A stretch of 64,000 nucleotides of DNA from Ptychomitrium polyphyllum (GCA_973851085.1 OZ316775.1:2480001-2544000); one strand, 5' to 3'. Positions 1-14,067 are shown, numbered from the stretch's first letter. Program-made: numbers and translations. Notes: a model not told the origin generated them from the sequence alone.

Positions 1-3000
1 TTAAAGCACCAAGAGGTAGAGCAGGAAGAATGACTTACTCATTTAAGTCGCAGAACGAAGCATTCTGGGCTAATAAGAAATTTCGAATCCGACTCATATC
101 CAAGTAAGTTGCAATCACTAGAATTCCGCCCTGTGTAATTAAAGAAATTCAAAATCAGACAAGCTCGTATTCACAGATGCAACTTCATTATAGATGCGAT
201 ACTTAGGAAAGAGTTGCAGAATGGAAATGAACGGAGAAAATCACAAACAAAACTAACCTTATGAGAGTCTTTGATTCTTGGAAAGACCTACAGCATAAAT
301 AGCACAGATAGAAAAAACTTCAGTGTCTTGGATATCAAAACGCATTCAATTACAGGAGGAACAAAGAATGCAAACATTACAAGAACACATATGAAACCGC
401 AGGAATCAAGTCTTTTAGGCATGATGAGACAGGAATAAACAATACCTGCTTGGTGAAATGCTCAAAGCGAGCATCATATAAATCTGTAACGGCCTTGCAC
501 TCAATCCTTTCGTAGACCTGCCACCAAACTCCCAGGTCGGAGCTGATCAGGCGCATATTCTAATACCAAAGTAATGCTATTTACTGATCCTCGTAGGCGA
601 GGAAATTCATATTGAAAAGGGAAGTCTTTCGAAAATGCCACGTAAAAGGGGTGGTTGGAAATGGATAGAAGAATACCTGACGAATTTTCAACATCACTTT
701 TGAAAGCACCCCTGGATACTCAATTTTCAGCTTAACCTGCACAAAGCATCGCAATTGCTACATATTTCAGCATTTAAAAAATGCTCTAACAGACTAAATA
801 AATGGTTGGAATTGATGATTCAAACTGTCTTCTCCACAATTTCATATCACTATGATGGTACACTATAGTGGTCAAATCAAAAATCCCGTCCAACTTTTAT
901 CATACCTTGCCAGCATGATTGACACAGCTACGATTAAAAAACCCATTGAGTTCTGCAAAAAGACATCAGCCACTGAGTATTAGAGGCATGTGATTTTCGT
1001 TCAGGAATTTTCAAATGAGCAAAGGGTTGAGTAGCAAATTCTTCCAGGTTACGAAGTTGTAACAATCTGTTACCAAAGTATATTCACGATGGTCAAAGCA
1101 AGTTTGAGGCCTCTTACTTGCATCAGTGAAGGTCGAGAGGATTAATGTCTGGCGATAATGTCGGGAATGTCCATTTAAGCACCTACCATACCATGTGCGG
1201 GTCGTCAGATAACAAGTTTCAATGAACTCATTCTTGCTCCAAATTCAGGAAGTTACCCAATCACACATGAAGCAGAAAGTGATATACTCTAACAGGTCTC
1301 ACCATTCTCTGATTCGCATAAAATCAGTGTCATGCTGCGATTGAGGTATCCGATTGAAGTGATCAAACAAGGTCACCACATGCTGCCAGTTCTGCAAATC
1401 TCCCAAGCAGATGAATGAAAATAACTCATTTAAGGGAGTGCAAACATCACATTCCATCTCTTTTCTAAAATGAGAAAAAGCATATTAAGTTTCATCCCCT
1501 AAAAAACTACCCATGGTACTCCTTGGCAAAACCTCAAATTCATACTCGTTCACATTCATACTCCTGTCTCAACTAATGCACAGGATGACTACAAAGAACA
1601 TCATAAGAACATACCTGCATAAAAATTACATCCGTATAATCCATCACAACAATCTGCAGCAAGACAACCTCATATTTTATTTTATGGTCATACCATACAG
1701 AAACAACTCACATCAGGAAGACTAGATACTTAACCAAGCTATGCCATTCTGTAACAGGCAAACTAATTCCACTCTTGATAATTGAAGAGCATCTCACGAA
1801 ACATCTGCAGACTTCTAAACAGACATTATTGATGACGATTGAAAATGTCGATTGATGTCAAATTGGTAGCAAAAGAAAAGTATCTATGGTTTGGAACTTA
1901 CTTCAAGCGAGGAAAGAAAGTCAACGTCCGCTTTACTCTCTTTTTTGACTGTTTCTGCTTCGCCAATTTGCTGTTGCAAAATGCTGTACGTATCAGATAC
2001 TGAACAAACTAATGCAGGAAACTCTACTGACGATGATGAACAAGAGAATCGATTCGTTCCTAAGGCTAGATTTGTACTCCAAGATGCAACTGGTAATTAA
2101 CTTGAATAGAAGGCATCACGTCATAATACCTCTGCTTAGACAGTAATAGTTGAAGTTGATAGGTAAAGTAACTACAAAGAAACAAAACCAAAGTAGTGTA
2201 CGTGGAAGTAGTTCAAAATTATACCGTGATAAGGCCAAGAGGTGAAGCTAAAATGATGTCCGATGAGTAGAAATCACTGTAAAGCTTGATGCTCTTTCTG
2301 GAAAAACAGGTAGCCGTTCAAAGTTTAACTTTTGAAGAAAAACTAGCATGATTCCTCAATCCTAGAACCAAAAAGGATGCAAAAGGCAACTCTTGATCAT
2401 GAAAAATGATGACTAAATCAATAAAACTGAAATCAATTTGACTACTATCTACACCGGTTTGCTACAGATAGAGTGCTAAGGCTATTCATTTAGGACAAAA
2501 TAACAATATCACAGGACATACGTTATGCCATGTCAACAACATCAGTAATGAATAGAAGAGGTAAGAATATCAATATGAGCTGCGCACCCACCTTGTCAAT
2601 TTAATACCTATACGGAAGTGGTCATCATTATTGCCGCTGAAAAGGGCCTTAAAATCTGCTGGTTTTCCACCTTTGTATCCATTGCTGTCTTCCTGTTCTC
2701 CTTCGTCACCATCGTGATTAGCCTCCTCATCTTCATCATCCTCCACTCCAAAGTCATCAAAGAACCGGGCTTTGTGTTCAACGTCAGCCTGCCAGTATGA
2801 AGACCACAACTCAGAGACTACACGAAATCTTAAATGGATGCACAGCCATAATCATTACTTAGACACACAAACAACCAATCGAGAAAAAAGTCAATTCAAC
2901 CATCAGAGAAGTGAAACTGACAAGGCATATCACTTACTGTCTGAGATTTTGGAGCTAAATCAATCAACTTCGTCACAACCCTCAATGCGGTGCTTCGCAT

Positions 3001-6000
3001 TGGCAACAATATCAGCACCTGAAAAGATTAATGCCCATATCAGCAATAAAACATTAGTTGCAAGTTCTTCCTGGAACAAAGTATCCTATTACTGCAAAAA
3101 ATCTTAGCGTGTTTTCAGAAAAATATTTGATTAAATTAAGCCAAAAAGTCTGAGGAACCTCCACATCTTAAATGGATCCATACGAGCAATGATCAATGAG
3201 ATGAGTGACCCAAAATCAAGCTAGAACGAAAACATTGGGTCTTAATATTGTGTTCCAAAGTAAATTCTATAAAACGTTTTCTCAAGCAAAGATTGAGTTA
3301 ATGCATCACCTTTGGACGAGTAAAGCCATGATCACGAGGAGGGTCAATGAAATCAACACCCTTCTTGCCATTCTCGGCTGACGCTGTTTGTTGACGCTGT
3401 AACTTTTCATTGTTTTTAGTGACAAGATCTCTTGTCTTCAACACATGATTCAACTGCACACCAACAGCAGGCTTAGTTTGTACCGCAATGATGTCACAGA
3501 AGTTAGAAGTTCCAAAACGATAAGCATACAATTTCCCATAATAATGTATTCATAAAAATTCGAACTGCGCTGAATACTCCCCCTTCTAGTCAAATGCCAC
3601 TCATGAAAGCTAAGTTGAAGAGTTGCATGCGGTTACACACAGAACTTACAATGTGCATTACATACGCATCGACATAGGCCTGATGATCCTCATTAGAAGC
3701 CACCGTGCTATGGGGGCCACATCTCTGTGTGAGCAAAATGTCTTTATAATTGTTGCCTGCAAAACCAATTAGATAGCTTATTGTAGATGGATTTAATTTT
3801 TAAAATCCACAACCCAAGCACAAGGGAACAACAATCTGAGATTTGTTATACTACAATTAGAGCACGTAATGACTAATTAGAATAACTTACAGAAAGAGAA
3901 GAACTGAGCTTGCGCTTCTGAGTGGAAGTCTCCAAACCGCTTATGCTCAGGTCTTCCTTGCCAATGCTTACAAAGCCTCTCTTTCACAGCACAATTAGCT
4001 AAGTCCTTTTCCATCTGCACAACGGTCTACATCGATAAAGCAGTGGCTAGACTTTAACATTCAATCAAACTGTAAGCAGGCATACCAGAGATACCAGGCA
4101 GCTGGAGAAAGTGGTTGTTTAGAAATTAGTTTCATATTTAAAGCACCTCAGGTACAACGAATAGACAACAACCTTGGGAAAAGTGGGAATATTGAACAGC
4201 CATCTTCCGTTGGGCAGGCCTGCAGCACTAACTTCCGTCTTAAACTTAGCCTTCCCCTCCAACAATTCAGCAATCTTCGTGTCCACAAGCTCCAAGTCCA
4301 AGTGCTTCTTGAATGGGCTGAAGAAACATGAGAGCTGTGTCAGATAAAACAAATCTCAAGCCGCCAGGCCTAAAATTCTCAATGATACACGCAACCCTCA
4401 ATTCTCCTCAGTATCCACGACATCAATACCGACCATGTCGATCATTGCAGGTTATCTGGTTATGAGCTTCCTTTGAAAACCGAAAACATAAAAGTTACAG
4501 TTACAATTTAAAATACACTTTTTTATCATGACCAAAGAAGACAAAAGAAGAGCTGAAATTGATCATACTCTTCACAAGTCCCAGCATTTACTCCACTCGA
4601 TAGTCTTTCTGAATCTGAATCTTCATCGGATTTCTCTTCTCCTGCTTTCTCTGCATCTCCCATGTCAACTTCATCACCATCTTTCACTTCTTCCCATTCA
4701 CTTTCTGATCCAGAATCTTCTTCCGTATCTCCATCTTCCACAACACCACCAGCTTCCACTCCGTCATTATCCTCACCATCGTCTTCCGCAATCTCTGTTA
4801 ACAATGTATAAGAACAAAAATCATCAACATATACAGAAGATAATAACTCATAGCGATTCACTTATAGGGTTTCGAAATTTAATTACAAAGAAATCCACTA
4901 CTCAGGAACTTTCTACAACACAATTAAAACATAACAAATATGAGCACCTTTCGCTCATGAAATGTTGATTTTCTCAACAAAGACAACCTATTCGAAATAT
5001 GATCATTACATCTTATGACCAAATACACGGTAACAACTATCCTAATTTTCAGTACGAACCTCTCAGATGTGCAGGATGCAAAAAACAACTCAGATAGCTT
5101 GACAAACAGGTAGAATTCATCACAATCTTTGCTCACATGAACTTTAATGACAATGAAATTTGACCAAACTTCAGAACAAAAGCATACCTCCATCGAGTTC
5201 ATCCCCCAATTCCGACCCATCCTCATCCTCTCGTTCGCTACCAGAGACCACCTCATCATCACTTTCACCACCTTCTTCCCTTCGCCTGCATCAAAACAAT
5301 CCAATCACTCGTAAAAATTTACCAAAGCCTGTGAAATGAACAGATTAGGAATCAGATAACAACTTGCCCAAAACCTGTCACCTACGGAGTGATAACTATG
5401 TTAAAACATTCAATGCATAAAACAAGCTTATCGAAATCCTAGCAAAGCGTCGCTTGAAAAAGCGAATAGAGGTAACAACTGACATCGCTAACTTCTCATT
5501 GTCCTTAGCAGTAATGCGTTTAGAACCAACACATTCCAAAGATCATGATCGACTGCCAGAGTTTACGATTGATTCCCACGTATAATTCTCCTTACAGCTA
5601 AGATTACAAAGCAAATGCCAATGTCCACCTGCTCCTTCCCAAACCCTAGGTCGATCTAACCTAGCCATTTCATAAACCGATCCGCACCAGCCTCCGTTAC
5701 CAACTACATAAGCTTTTGGTATTTGCTAAAGCACGAACCCTAACCTTACGCTTCGGAAAAACAAAACAACGCTTCCCTGACCTAAAACGGAACCCAATCG
5801 AGCGGAAAATTATAAGCAGTAGCTCCTCAAACTAAAACGAAGCTCTAAACCTCATTCCTGCAGCAAACCAGTCACACTACCAAAACCGTACAAAATCAAT
5901 TCGAGTCCTCTCCCCCGCCACCAATAAGTACTGTACTCCTCTGCAAAACCGCTCCACGCGGTCCAAGAAACAACATCGCCCCCACTCAATATCCAAAACT

Positions 6001-6603
6001 AATCGTCTAAGCACTACCATCGCAATAATGACGAAAACTCACGTTGTGCGCGCCAGCAAAGCTCCCACTACTACGAAAACTAACAAGGCAATACACCACA
6101 ATCAAATCCCCAGCGCAGGCTCACATGACAACGGTATCAATTGCATTCATTCAAGAGAAGATGGATCGAGTACCGTGGAGCGTAAGCTTTGGCGAAAGAC
6201 TCGTTCGTGGCTTGCAATGTTTGCAGCAGGGTTGTGTAGGCACTGGTGGGCTCCTCGTACTCCTCCTCTTCCTCCTCTTCGCTCGAGGCATTGCTCTCAG
6301 TCGCTTGCGCCGGCTTCAGTTCTGCGAAAGAAACGTTGTTCAGCATCATTTGCAATTGCCCGTCAAGACCAGGATATCCCAATTTTCGGCCACAATACGA
6401 CTCAGAGAATTTCAGGATTCAAAGAAGATGTAACTACCTGGTTGAGGCTCAAAATCCATGTGATGGCGGCTGCGTTTGCTGCGATCGCCTCCACCACCGC
6501 GACCCCCACCTCGTCGTCCACCGCCACGCCCACCTCTTCCGCCTCTTCCTCCTCTACCTCCTCTACCTCCGCCTCCACCTGAAGACCCGCCCTTCCTCTT
6601 CAT
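1..6603 (-). CDS. UTP25: U3 snoRNA-associated protein 25 / digestive organ expansion factor (DIEXF/NOF1-like); multi-exon, 3' end runs off the window
   Basis: ATG at 6603 (MKRKGG..RGG repeat). Phase-consistent exons 6438-6603, 6174-6321 (EEEYEEPTSAYTTLLQTL), 5188-5285, then many small exons encoding family motifs HVLKTRDLVTKNNEKL, PRDHGFTRPKVLILLP, ALFSGNNDDHFRIGIK, LYSDFYSSDIILASPLGL, DVDFLSSLE, MQNWQHV, FVRLKSYLDMSRIRNFL(read as SYLDMSRIRNFL). Confidence 0.9.
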
Positions 6604-6691
6604 CGCGATGCTTCACAATTCTCGAGAGTCTCAGAGTACCTCCACACAGAAGCGCTGTGGTCACAGCATTGAAGCTCTGTCTGCGTTCTAC

Positions 6692-6699
6692 TAGGGTTT
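6692..6699 (-). promoter_or_regulatory. Telo-box (AAACCCTA) just upstream of the UTP25 start
   Basis: TAGGGTTT on the + strand about 90 nt upstream of the ATG. Telo-boxes are an established element of plant ribosome-biogenesis genes. Confidence 0.55.
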
Positions 6700-7557
6700 T
6701 GGGTTTCTGAGTTCTGGGTTCTGCAAACTAACTTGGATGAAAACTAAAATTTTCTGTAGAAAACCGCGACTCCTTAAAGTCTCAGTGGACAAGGAGATCC
6801 CACGGATGAGAAAACGATTCCGAAACGCCTCTTTCGCCGTGAGGCTGTTCACAGACGGGTGTTTCCCTTCGCCACGGATGTCCCAAACAGTCTTTGCAAA
6901 TTCTCACGCTCAATGCCAGGGAAACGATGATCTTGGGTGACTCTGCCGTGTGCATCTAAGTTCTGAGTTCCTGTTGTCTGAAATCAGCTGCAGTTGGGAG
7001 TTTTTCCTCTGTTTATTTACGCTGAGGGATATGGGTGATGGAGGTATTGTTCTGACCTGTCTGCTGTGGGCGTTTTTATTGAGGTTGGTGGATTCAGCGT
7101 GTGTTGAGATAGAGTGTGGACCTGACGAGACTAGAGATAGCTATGAGTTGACGAGGAGTATGTTGACGGAAGAGTGATGGGCACCTGAGTGAGACGTTTT
7201 TATGATGCTTCGAGGATCTCAGTCCTAGCCGGGTGGTACCGATCGGGTGGTACGTTTATGTAGGTTATAGTTGTAATGCCAAACTATACTTCCCAGGAGG
7301 GAACTCTGGTATGGTGGAGCCATGGTGGGGCGGTGCATTGTTCACCGGAGAGATACTTTCTAGTCCGCAAACACCTTTGGCTTTGAAAACGAATTGAGCT
7401 TTTTTGTTGATGAGTTCGATCGTGAAAACGCCCTACTTCGCGGGGTCGTAAGTGGAGGTAGTCACGAGGCTTTCATGGCAAAGGGCAGAGAGCCTTGTTC
7501 CATGGATATTACATAGCCTGTAGACTGCGAGTAGCGGTAAAGATCACTCCAGCAGCC

Positions 7558-9140
7558 ATGGCAGAAGATCACGAGATTTGTGAAAATTGTGGTAAGCCTT
7601 CTCGGAAACAGGGCGACAACATACCGATCACCCTGCTCTTGTCGAGAGCGAGCAAGCAAGTCGTGTGTGTCGAGGTAGGGAAGGAGTTTGTTGATATGCT
7701 TATGGGCTTCCTTACCATCCCCATAAGCTGTTTGGTGCGCGTGTTGAACAACGCCGCCATGATTCACAGGCCAGAAGAAATGAAAGTTCCTCCTAAGATC
7801 CCCGAGAGCGTCCCATACAGCCCAGGGCCCAAGAAGTCCGACCCGCATTTTGCATTGACCGCCATAGCCAACGTTTTTGATAGCGTAGCAAAAATGGAGG
7901 CTGAGAAGATGACTGTAGACAAGAACACTCTGCTGAAGGCCAAACCGACCTTTCCTTTTGGCGCTGGGAAGCTTTTAATTACCAAGGACGTTCCGAAAGA
8001 AGGTGAGGAAATGGTGCACCCAGACTCTGGCTTCTTTTCTTGTGGAGCGGCTTGTAATTTTTCCACAGCGATTGCGAACACAAAGTGCCCCAAACACAAG
8101 AAGCCTATGATCACCCCCATCAAGATGGTGGAGGACGCGCCTGTGGACCCCAGTGATGAGAAAGCTGTTGCTGCTGCAGCTGCTGCACAGGTGCACTTCT
8201 TTGCGACCTCTCAAGAATCCCACTTTGCATGTCATTCAGGCATATGACAGCATGTGAACAGTTGGGATTGATATCAAGGTGAACATGCGCAAAATTTTGT
8301 CAATTTGAAGCGGAGTCTCTTCAACTTGCGTGACGCAGAAAGAAGGTGGATATGTGAAGTCGGAAACGAAGTTCATGGTCACCAACCAACTTGAGATTTT
8401 TGCCAGTTCGTCTTTGAAGGCGCTCATCGCCCTCGAAATGATCCGGTCCGAACGTGTTGGAGATTTGGACACCATGAAGGTGTTGGTTATTGCAGATGAG
8501 GTAACACAAAGCTTCCTCAGAGCCTGCAGTAGTAGAACTTTAAAGCAATTGCCTTATACACAACCGCCCACAGTAATTGACATGTATATGATTTCATGGT
8601 TAATGGGCAGGTTTTACAGCTGCTGAAAGCCTCCCTGTTATCAACGAACGTGCTGAACGATGTGTTCGGCAAATATTGCGCAAATGCAAAGCGCAACAGT
8701 GAGTACCCCTTTGCCAGGATCTCTTTTTCTTCACATTGTTATGCCTGAGTTCTCTAATTTTGGCATAATTGAGGTTTGAAAAATTAGAGTGATATAGTGC
8801 ACAACTGTATTTGAAATCTATTTACAATTAGATGAATTTGACTATGTGACTTTTTAAGTCAAGTAATGATACTTGGATTTTTCACCAATTTTGCAGTGCC
8901 CATGAGTAATGGCTCGCCTTTCTTCCCTCAATGCGGTGACAAACCTTGCTGCAATTGCGAGCGAATGGGAGTGCCACTTCACCCCTCCGGCAGGTATGGT
9001 TAATATACGTTTGCAGTTACCTAGACTATCTCATATAAGGCACTTGACTTTTCTGCATTGTCTAGTATTCATCTTGAGCAGTCACTTATACACCTTCTCC
9101 TAGTTTGCAGCGCCTAGCTTCGTGGGGATTTCTTCTATGA
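7558..9140 (+). CDS. DUF674 family protein (plant-specific)
   Basis: ATG 7558. Exons 7558-8190, 8339-8500, 8611-8698, 8897-8993 and a short last exon ending about 9116-9140. Motifs LLLSRASKQVVCVEVGKEFVDMLMGFLTIP, GGYVKSETKFMVTNQLEI and VLQLLKASLLSTNVLNDVF are typical of DUF674. The 3' end is uncertain. Confidence 0.8.
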
Positions 9141-10645
9141 TCCAATTCTCCAGCAACGCAGTAAATGCAAGTTTCTATGATCAACTGTTGCTAGAAGAGG
9201 CGGTCGTATAATGATAGCTTCAGGACTATGTAAAGCATTAATGAATGGAATCATCAGCAATGCTGGCTTCTATTCTTTTTAAGAAATTCAGGTGAAGTGT
9301 TCTACGGTAGAAGAATCAGTATAACAGAAAACTTGCCTCAGTTATGTTCTGAAGAGTTGCACCATGTGACCAGTCCAGTGTTATGTACAGTACAGCAGGA
9401 ATAGGGATATTCTATTGTTAACACAGCTACCTCAAATGGCCTACAATTACCAATGTCTCATTCTAATTGCGACGAGTCTACTTGAGAAGGGTCTTCAGTA
9501 TAATTGAGTATAGGTTGGAACCATCCCGAACACCTTGGAATTCAGTTGTGTAGTATAATGAGACCTAAATCGGACCAAGTTTGCTGTGAGGCTTCATTGC
9601 TGTCTAGAATAGTTGCTTGAGACCTCCAAGGGATTTAGAGATGTTGAAACTGTCTGTTTTGTACGATATGTGTTATCAACGTTCTCATGTTACTGAGAAC
9701 AATGCCGACGAATGCTCTGAACTACACATTTTATGTTTCCGCCTTTCCAGTTTGACATGCATCCTAAGTGATAAGTTTCCTTAGTTGGACCAGAGTCACG
9801 TTGAATCTTCACTTGAATAATCTACAAAATGCAATTCATAATGAATTCAACAGAAATAATTCCGTCTCAATTCCAGTCTAGAACCTCACCTGACATGAAA
9901 GTGAAATGTTTCTCCATTAGATACTGCACAATAAATGTGGGTAAGAAACAAATCTCTTCATACAGCTTGTCAAGACGACTACTGACCCTGGCAAGACATC
10001 GTCTCACTGGCCGAAAGGAATGAATCTATGTCACCAGGAAACGTTCCAATTGCGAGCTTACATATGTGACAGTAGGATAATCCAATACTACCCAGCTCAC
10101 GGTTTACAACAACGATGTGGGTAAGTTGTGGGCGATGTAATTAATGAGGATTTGACAAGAGGAAACTTAAGAATAGATTTTTTACTTAAAAGTAAACTAG
10201 TGTTTGAAAGGAGACTATTTTCAGCAGGAAGCCCACAGATTGCAAGGTGGTTTTTCTTTTCCACCACATCACCCCCTTCCTTCTCCGGCACCACAATCTC
10301 CAAGTTGCACGGGGTAGTCACCACCACTCTCTCGACAATCTTCTGATCACTCGCTCCTCTTTCAAACCGCCTTTATAATCCGAGCTGGTTCGAGAAGACC
10401 TCGAGATAGTCGTACGGGCAGTAGAGTCGAAGTCCCTCGATGCACCGGTCAAAGCAGAGCTGATTCTGAGCTCCCTGTCGCCAGTGCACACAGCAAGCCT
10501 GGCCTGGTACGCGTGGTCTTTCTCTACCAAGGTGGAATAAATCTTGCGCTCCAGCCAGCGCTCCGGTTGGCGTAGATCTACCAAGCTTGCTTCGAACCTC
10601 TTCCCCCTCTCTAGACCTGAGAAGCTCATACTCATGCTACTGATA

Positions 10646-11638
10646 TTATCCGTGTGAGAGAGGACCTCCCTCACAGATGCAAGCATATGATGACCGGCTG
10701 TTCACTTCTTTGCCAAAGACTTCACTCAGCACACTCCCAGATGTCAAAGACCCTCTAAGCAATTGCAGCACCGGCACACAAGATTAGCTTTGGTTTAGGG
10801 TTAACTGAGTCAAGGAGACTGGATGTGTTGTGATGTGAAAGAAACATTGCAAGGGTGAACCTCTTCAGTCCCAACGTGGATGTCGAGGCTGTCAAGACAG
10901 TTCATATTGTTCACATTCAGTTTCTTCATCAGGACCAAGGATTTGAAGCTGGGGAAGATCTCAAGATTGTCAGTAATGAAAAACTTATTGCCATTCTTGA
11001 CATAACCATCTGGAACAAAATCCTTTGCTATTTCATTGCCATCAATCAACTGGCATTTCATTGTCATCTTTCTCTGGTGGTGTGGACATTTGATTCCAGG
11101 CCCAATCTGGCAGAGAAAGGTCAAATGCTGCAACAGAAACTCAGAATATTCGAGTACTCAAAACCGCGTTCGGAGGTTGCTTTCATAATGGATTCATTAT
11201 TTACAAATTTGAAAAGAGATCAAAACATCGCACCTGCTGGAGGCATAAGAGCAATAGGGGCGGCCAGTGCAGGTGTAATAGAATTTTGGAGCTGGATCCG
11301 CCACATTACAAACCCCTGCCTCAGGATTCTCCATCTCTTACAAGATATTCCTCATGGAAAACCCTATTCTGTTAATTCCCGTTGCTCCAAAACCAATCAA
11401 AATTGGCAGACGTCTCATTTGGTTTAGTCAATTATGCCTATCCAACAAAAAATTGTTTGAGACAGGTCACAAGCTAAGTCAACTTCGTTGATGAGCAGAA
11501 ACAGGTGCAAGAGTCACCTTCAGGGAAAGGTTTTATGATGAAGTCCATGAGCAGAGTAAGGAATCCCATGACGAGATCCACGAAAGCCTTCCAAGCTTCC
11601 AAGAACAGAACATGCCTAGTGAATTCATTCTCAGACAT
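10646..11638 (-). pseudogene. DUF674 paralog, probable pseudogene
   Basis: Segments HVLFLEAWKAFVDLVMGFLTL (11520-11638), DGYVKNGNKFFITDNLEIFP..VGTEE (10861-11100) and VLQLLRGSLTSGSVLSEVF (10700-10771). In-frame TAA at 11338-11340. The last acceptor reads CCG instead of CAG at about 10772-10774. Confidence 0.7.
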
Positions 11639-12382
11639 AGTACTATGCCCATATGACAGATTCCATCCACATTTGCAAAACTACACCTCGGATCCAACGT
11701 CATCGCACACATGATGGCTTGAACGTTCAGGTGTGAAGCCCTTCAACCAGATTAGTTCTGCATGCTTCAGTTCATCAAACAGCAACATAAAAGCACCGGA
11801 TGTTCCAGACCACAACAATGTCACAAATTTCTCATTGCCCAGCAGCCAGGCTCACTTTTAACACTCGCGGTAATCTAAGGATACGTGATGGAAGGGAGAT
11901 GATGGAAGTGAAGATCGAAGGTGTTATTGAGTCCTTCCCTGCCATTGGTCAAAAGGCACATCCAGGGATGCCAACGGTCAACTAGGTCATGTTCAGCTGA
12001 CATGGTGCTCAGTCGACCTATTCATACTAATCCACTCAAACTAGACAGAATGCCAGCCAGATTCAACATGGTCAAAAAGACAGCAATCTGATAAGATCAC
12101 CCAGGTTCCATTTGTGTCAGCCATTTGGTTGCATTTGTGAAGTGCGATAGGTCCAATTACACAGCTTGAAAAAGCTGGTTCCACAGTGCTGGCATCTACA
12201 ATGCCCCTAATGTCATTGAAGAAAAAGACACCCATAAAGCTTTCAGCATCAATCACACATGCACCTGGCTGAGCTATACGAGTTTCAAAATTGAAGCTCT
12301 TCTGTTCTGCAGATATCAGCCTCTTTTCAACAAAAAAAAAACATGACTCTACAAAACCCTACTTGGCTGGGTGTAGAGTGGA

Positions 12383-13665
12383 TCACTTTGGGTTCCTTAG
12401 AACAATGATAACAGAATCCCCTCGCAGAAACATCTTACTGATGAACCGATCCTTGTTCACAGGCTTGGCCTTCTTCCTGCCTTTTCCAGTCTTGGGCACC
12501 TGGAGAAACAACGCAACAATATCAAATCAACATCCTGGTACCAGGTAAATTAGCTGTTTCTAAAGGTATTACAAACCTGCATACACGAAGCAATATTCAA
12601 GGGTGCTTCTCGAATCCTTAAATACAGTGGCAAAAGGAGAAAAGCTTTATAGACCGCAGGGCAAGGTGTCATCAGATACCTCTGTCCACATCTCCTTCAC
12701 GTTTTCAAGCACCATATTGCAATGCCGATCAAATGCCTTCACTCGTCCTAGCAGCTTCTTGTTATTTCGACAATTAATAAGCACCTGTCACGTGCCAAAA
12801 CCGACATGGCCTTGTAAGGCTTACAAGAATCCCCCAAGTAGCAACAGAGATTGGTGCTGTAGTAGTAAATGCTGAAACTTAACGTGTTGCAATGTCATAG
12901 AACACATACTAATCCAGGTCAGCCGACGTCCAAATACTATATGTGATGTTCGGTCTAAACCAAAGAACTTAGATTTTTCCTTCAGAAATAATTGTTCCCA
13001 TGAAACAGACAGCTGGTCACGATTAAGAAAACTTTGAATCTGCATCAGCGAAAATTTAAAAAAAAACCTGAGTGTTGTTCTTCACAGACATCGTAAGCAC
13101 AGATAGGGGACCAGTGGAGAATTCCTCCTCCTCCGTCTTTTCCTGTACACAACAAACCCCAAATCACTATAAACGAACCACAACACACGAGACCTGCACA
13201 AAAATAATACACCCACAATATCAAGCACATTTTGCAGGACAAGCCCTCCACAGTCGTTCACTACAAACAAATGTCTGAAAAGCGAAACACACAAAGACAG
13301 GGAGAAATCAACTCACAGTATCCTCCTCCATTGGCCTCGCACTGCAATGCACAACCCCAGCAAAACCCATGCAAGGATTAGTGGTTATACAACCCAACAC
13401 TAAATGCTCGATTCCCTACATCTCAAAACACCGTTGAGATGTTAAAAACTTTCAGAAGAAACCCTAAACCCTCATGAACTTCCACTCCAGTCACAATGAT
13501 CATAAACCACCACCACCTCCATAATAAACCAAAAGCAAGCACGTAAACGAAATCTCACCCACAAACACTACCATTTCAGAAGGCATGTCCATCAGAACAG
13601 GAAACTAAAGCAGCAACGTAAGAACACTGTAGGTGCTCAAAGGTAATTCCATGTACATACCTCAT
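12383..13665 (-). CDS. SMD2: Small nuclear ribonucleoprotein Sm D2 (108 aa)
   Basis: Exons 13661-13665, 13317-13341, 13068-13142, 12680-12784 and 12383-12499 give [77 protein letters not shown]...[22 protein letters not shown]. Confidence 0.95.
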
Positions 13666-14008
13666 GGTGAACAGCCCAAACTCTTGAGGAAACTGCGAAA
13701 GCTGTCAGGTGGGTCTTGTGAGCAACTGTGTCTGCAACGATGGAGCAGGTGCAGCGATGGCGCGACGGAGGGGATGCTGTAACATCCAGGGCCACGCCGA
13801 GAGAGGGAGAAGCTGAAGACGGCGCCATGCTCGTCTTGGACATGGATCTCACCTCCCAGTACTGCAAATGTCCCCCTTCACATTGAACTGCGTTTCACAG
13901 GTTATTGTGTTGTTCGCCTCATTACAGTTGTTCTTGCACTTGGGTACTGGGTATATATGGTCCTACCCGGGTATACTAATGCAACATCGAGTGCCGAGAT
14001 TTACACCC

Positions 14009-14067
14009 CGGGTATCTGAGGTTAGATCCTCGGGTATCTGAGGTTAGATCCTCGGGTATTTGAGGTT
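14009..14067. repeat. 22-bp tandem repeat (CGGGTATCTGAGGTTAGATCCT), about 2.6 copies
   Basis: Directly visible in the SmD2/RabH divergent intergenic region. Confidence 0.9.

Noticed and set aside
6028..6710. Several + strand ORFs, including Pro-rich and Ser/Thr-rich ones
   Set aside because: They are antisense shadows of the GC-rich RGG and acidic exons of UTP25.
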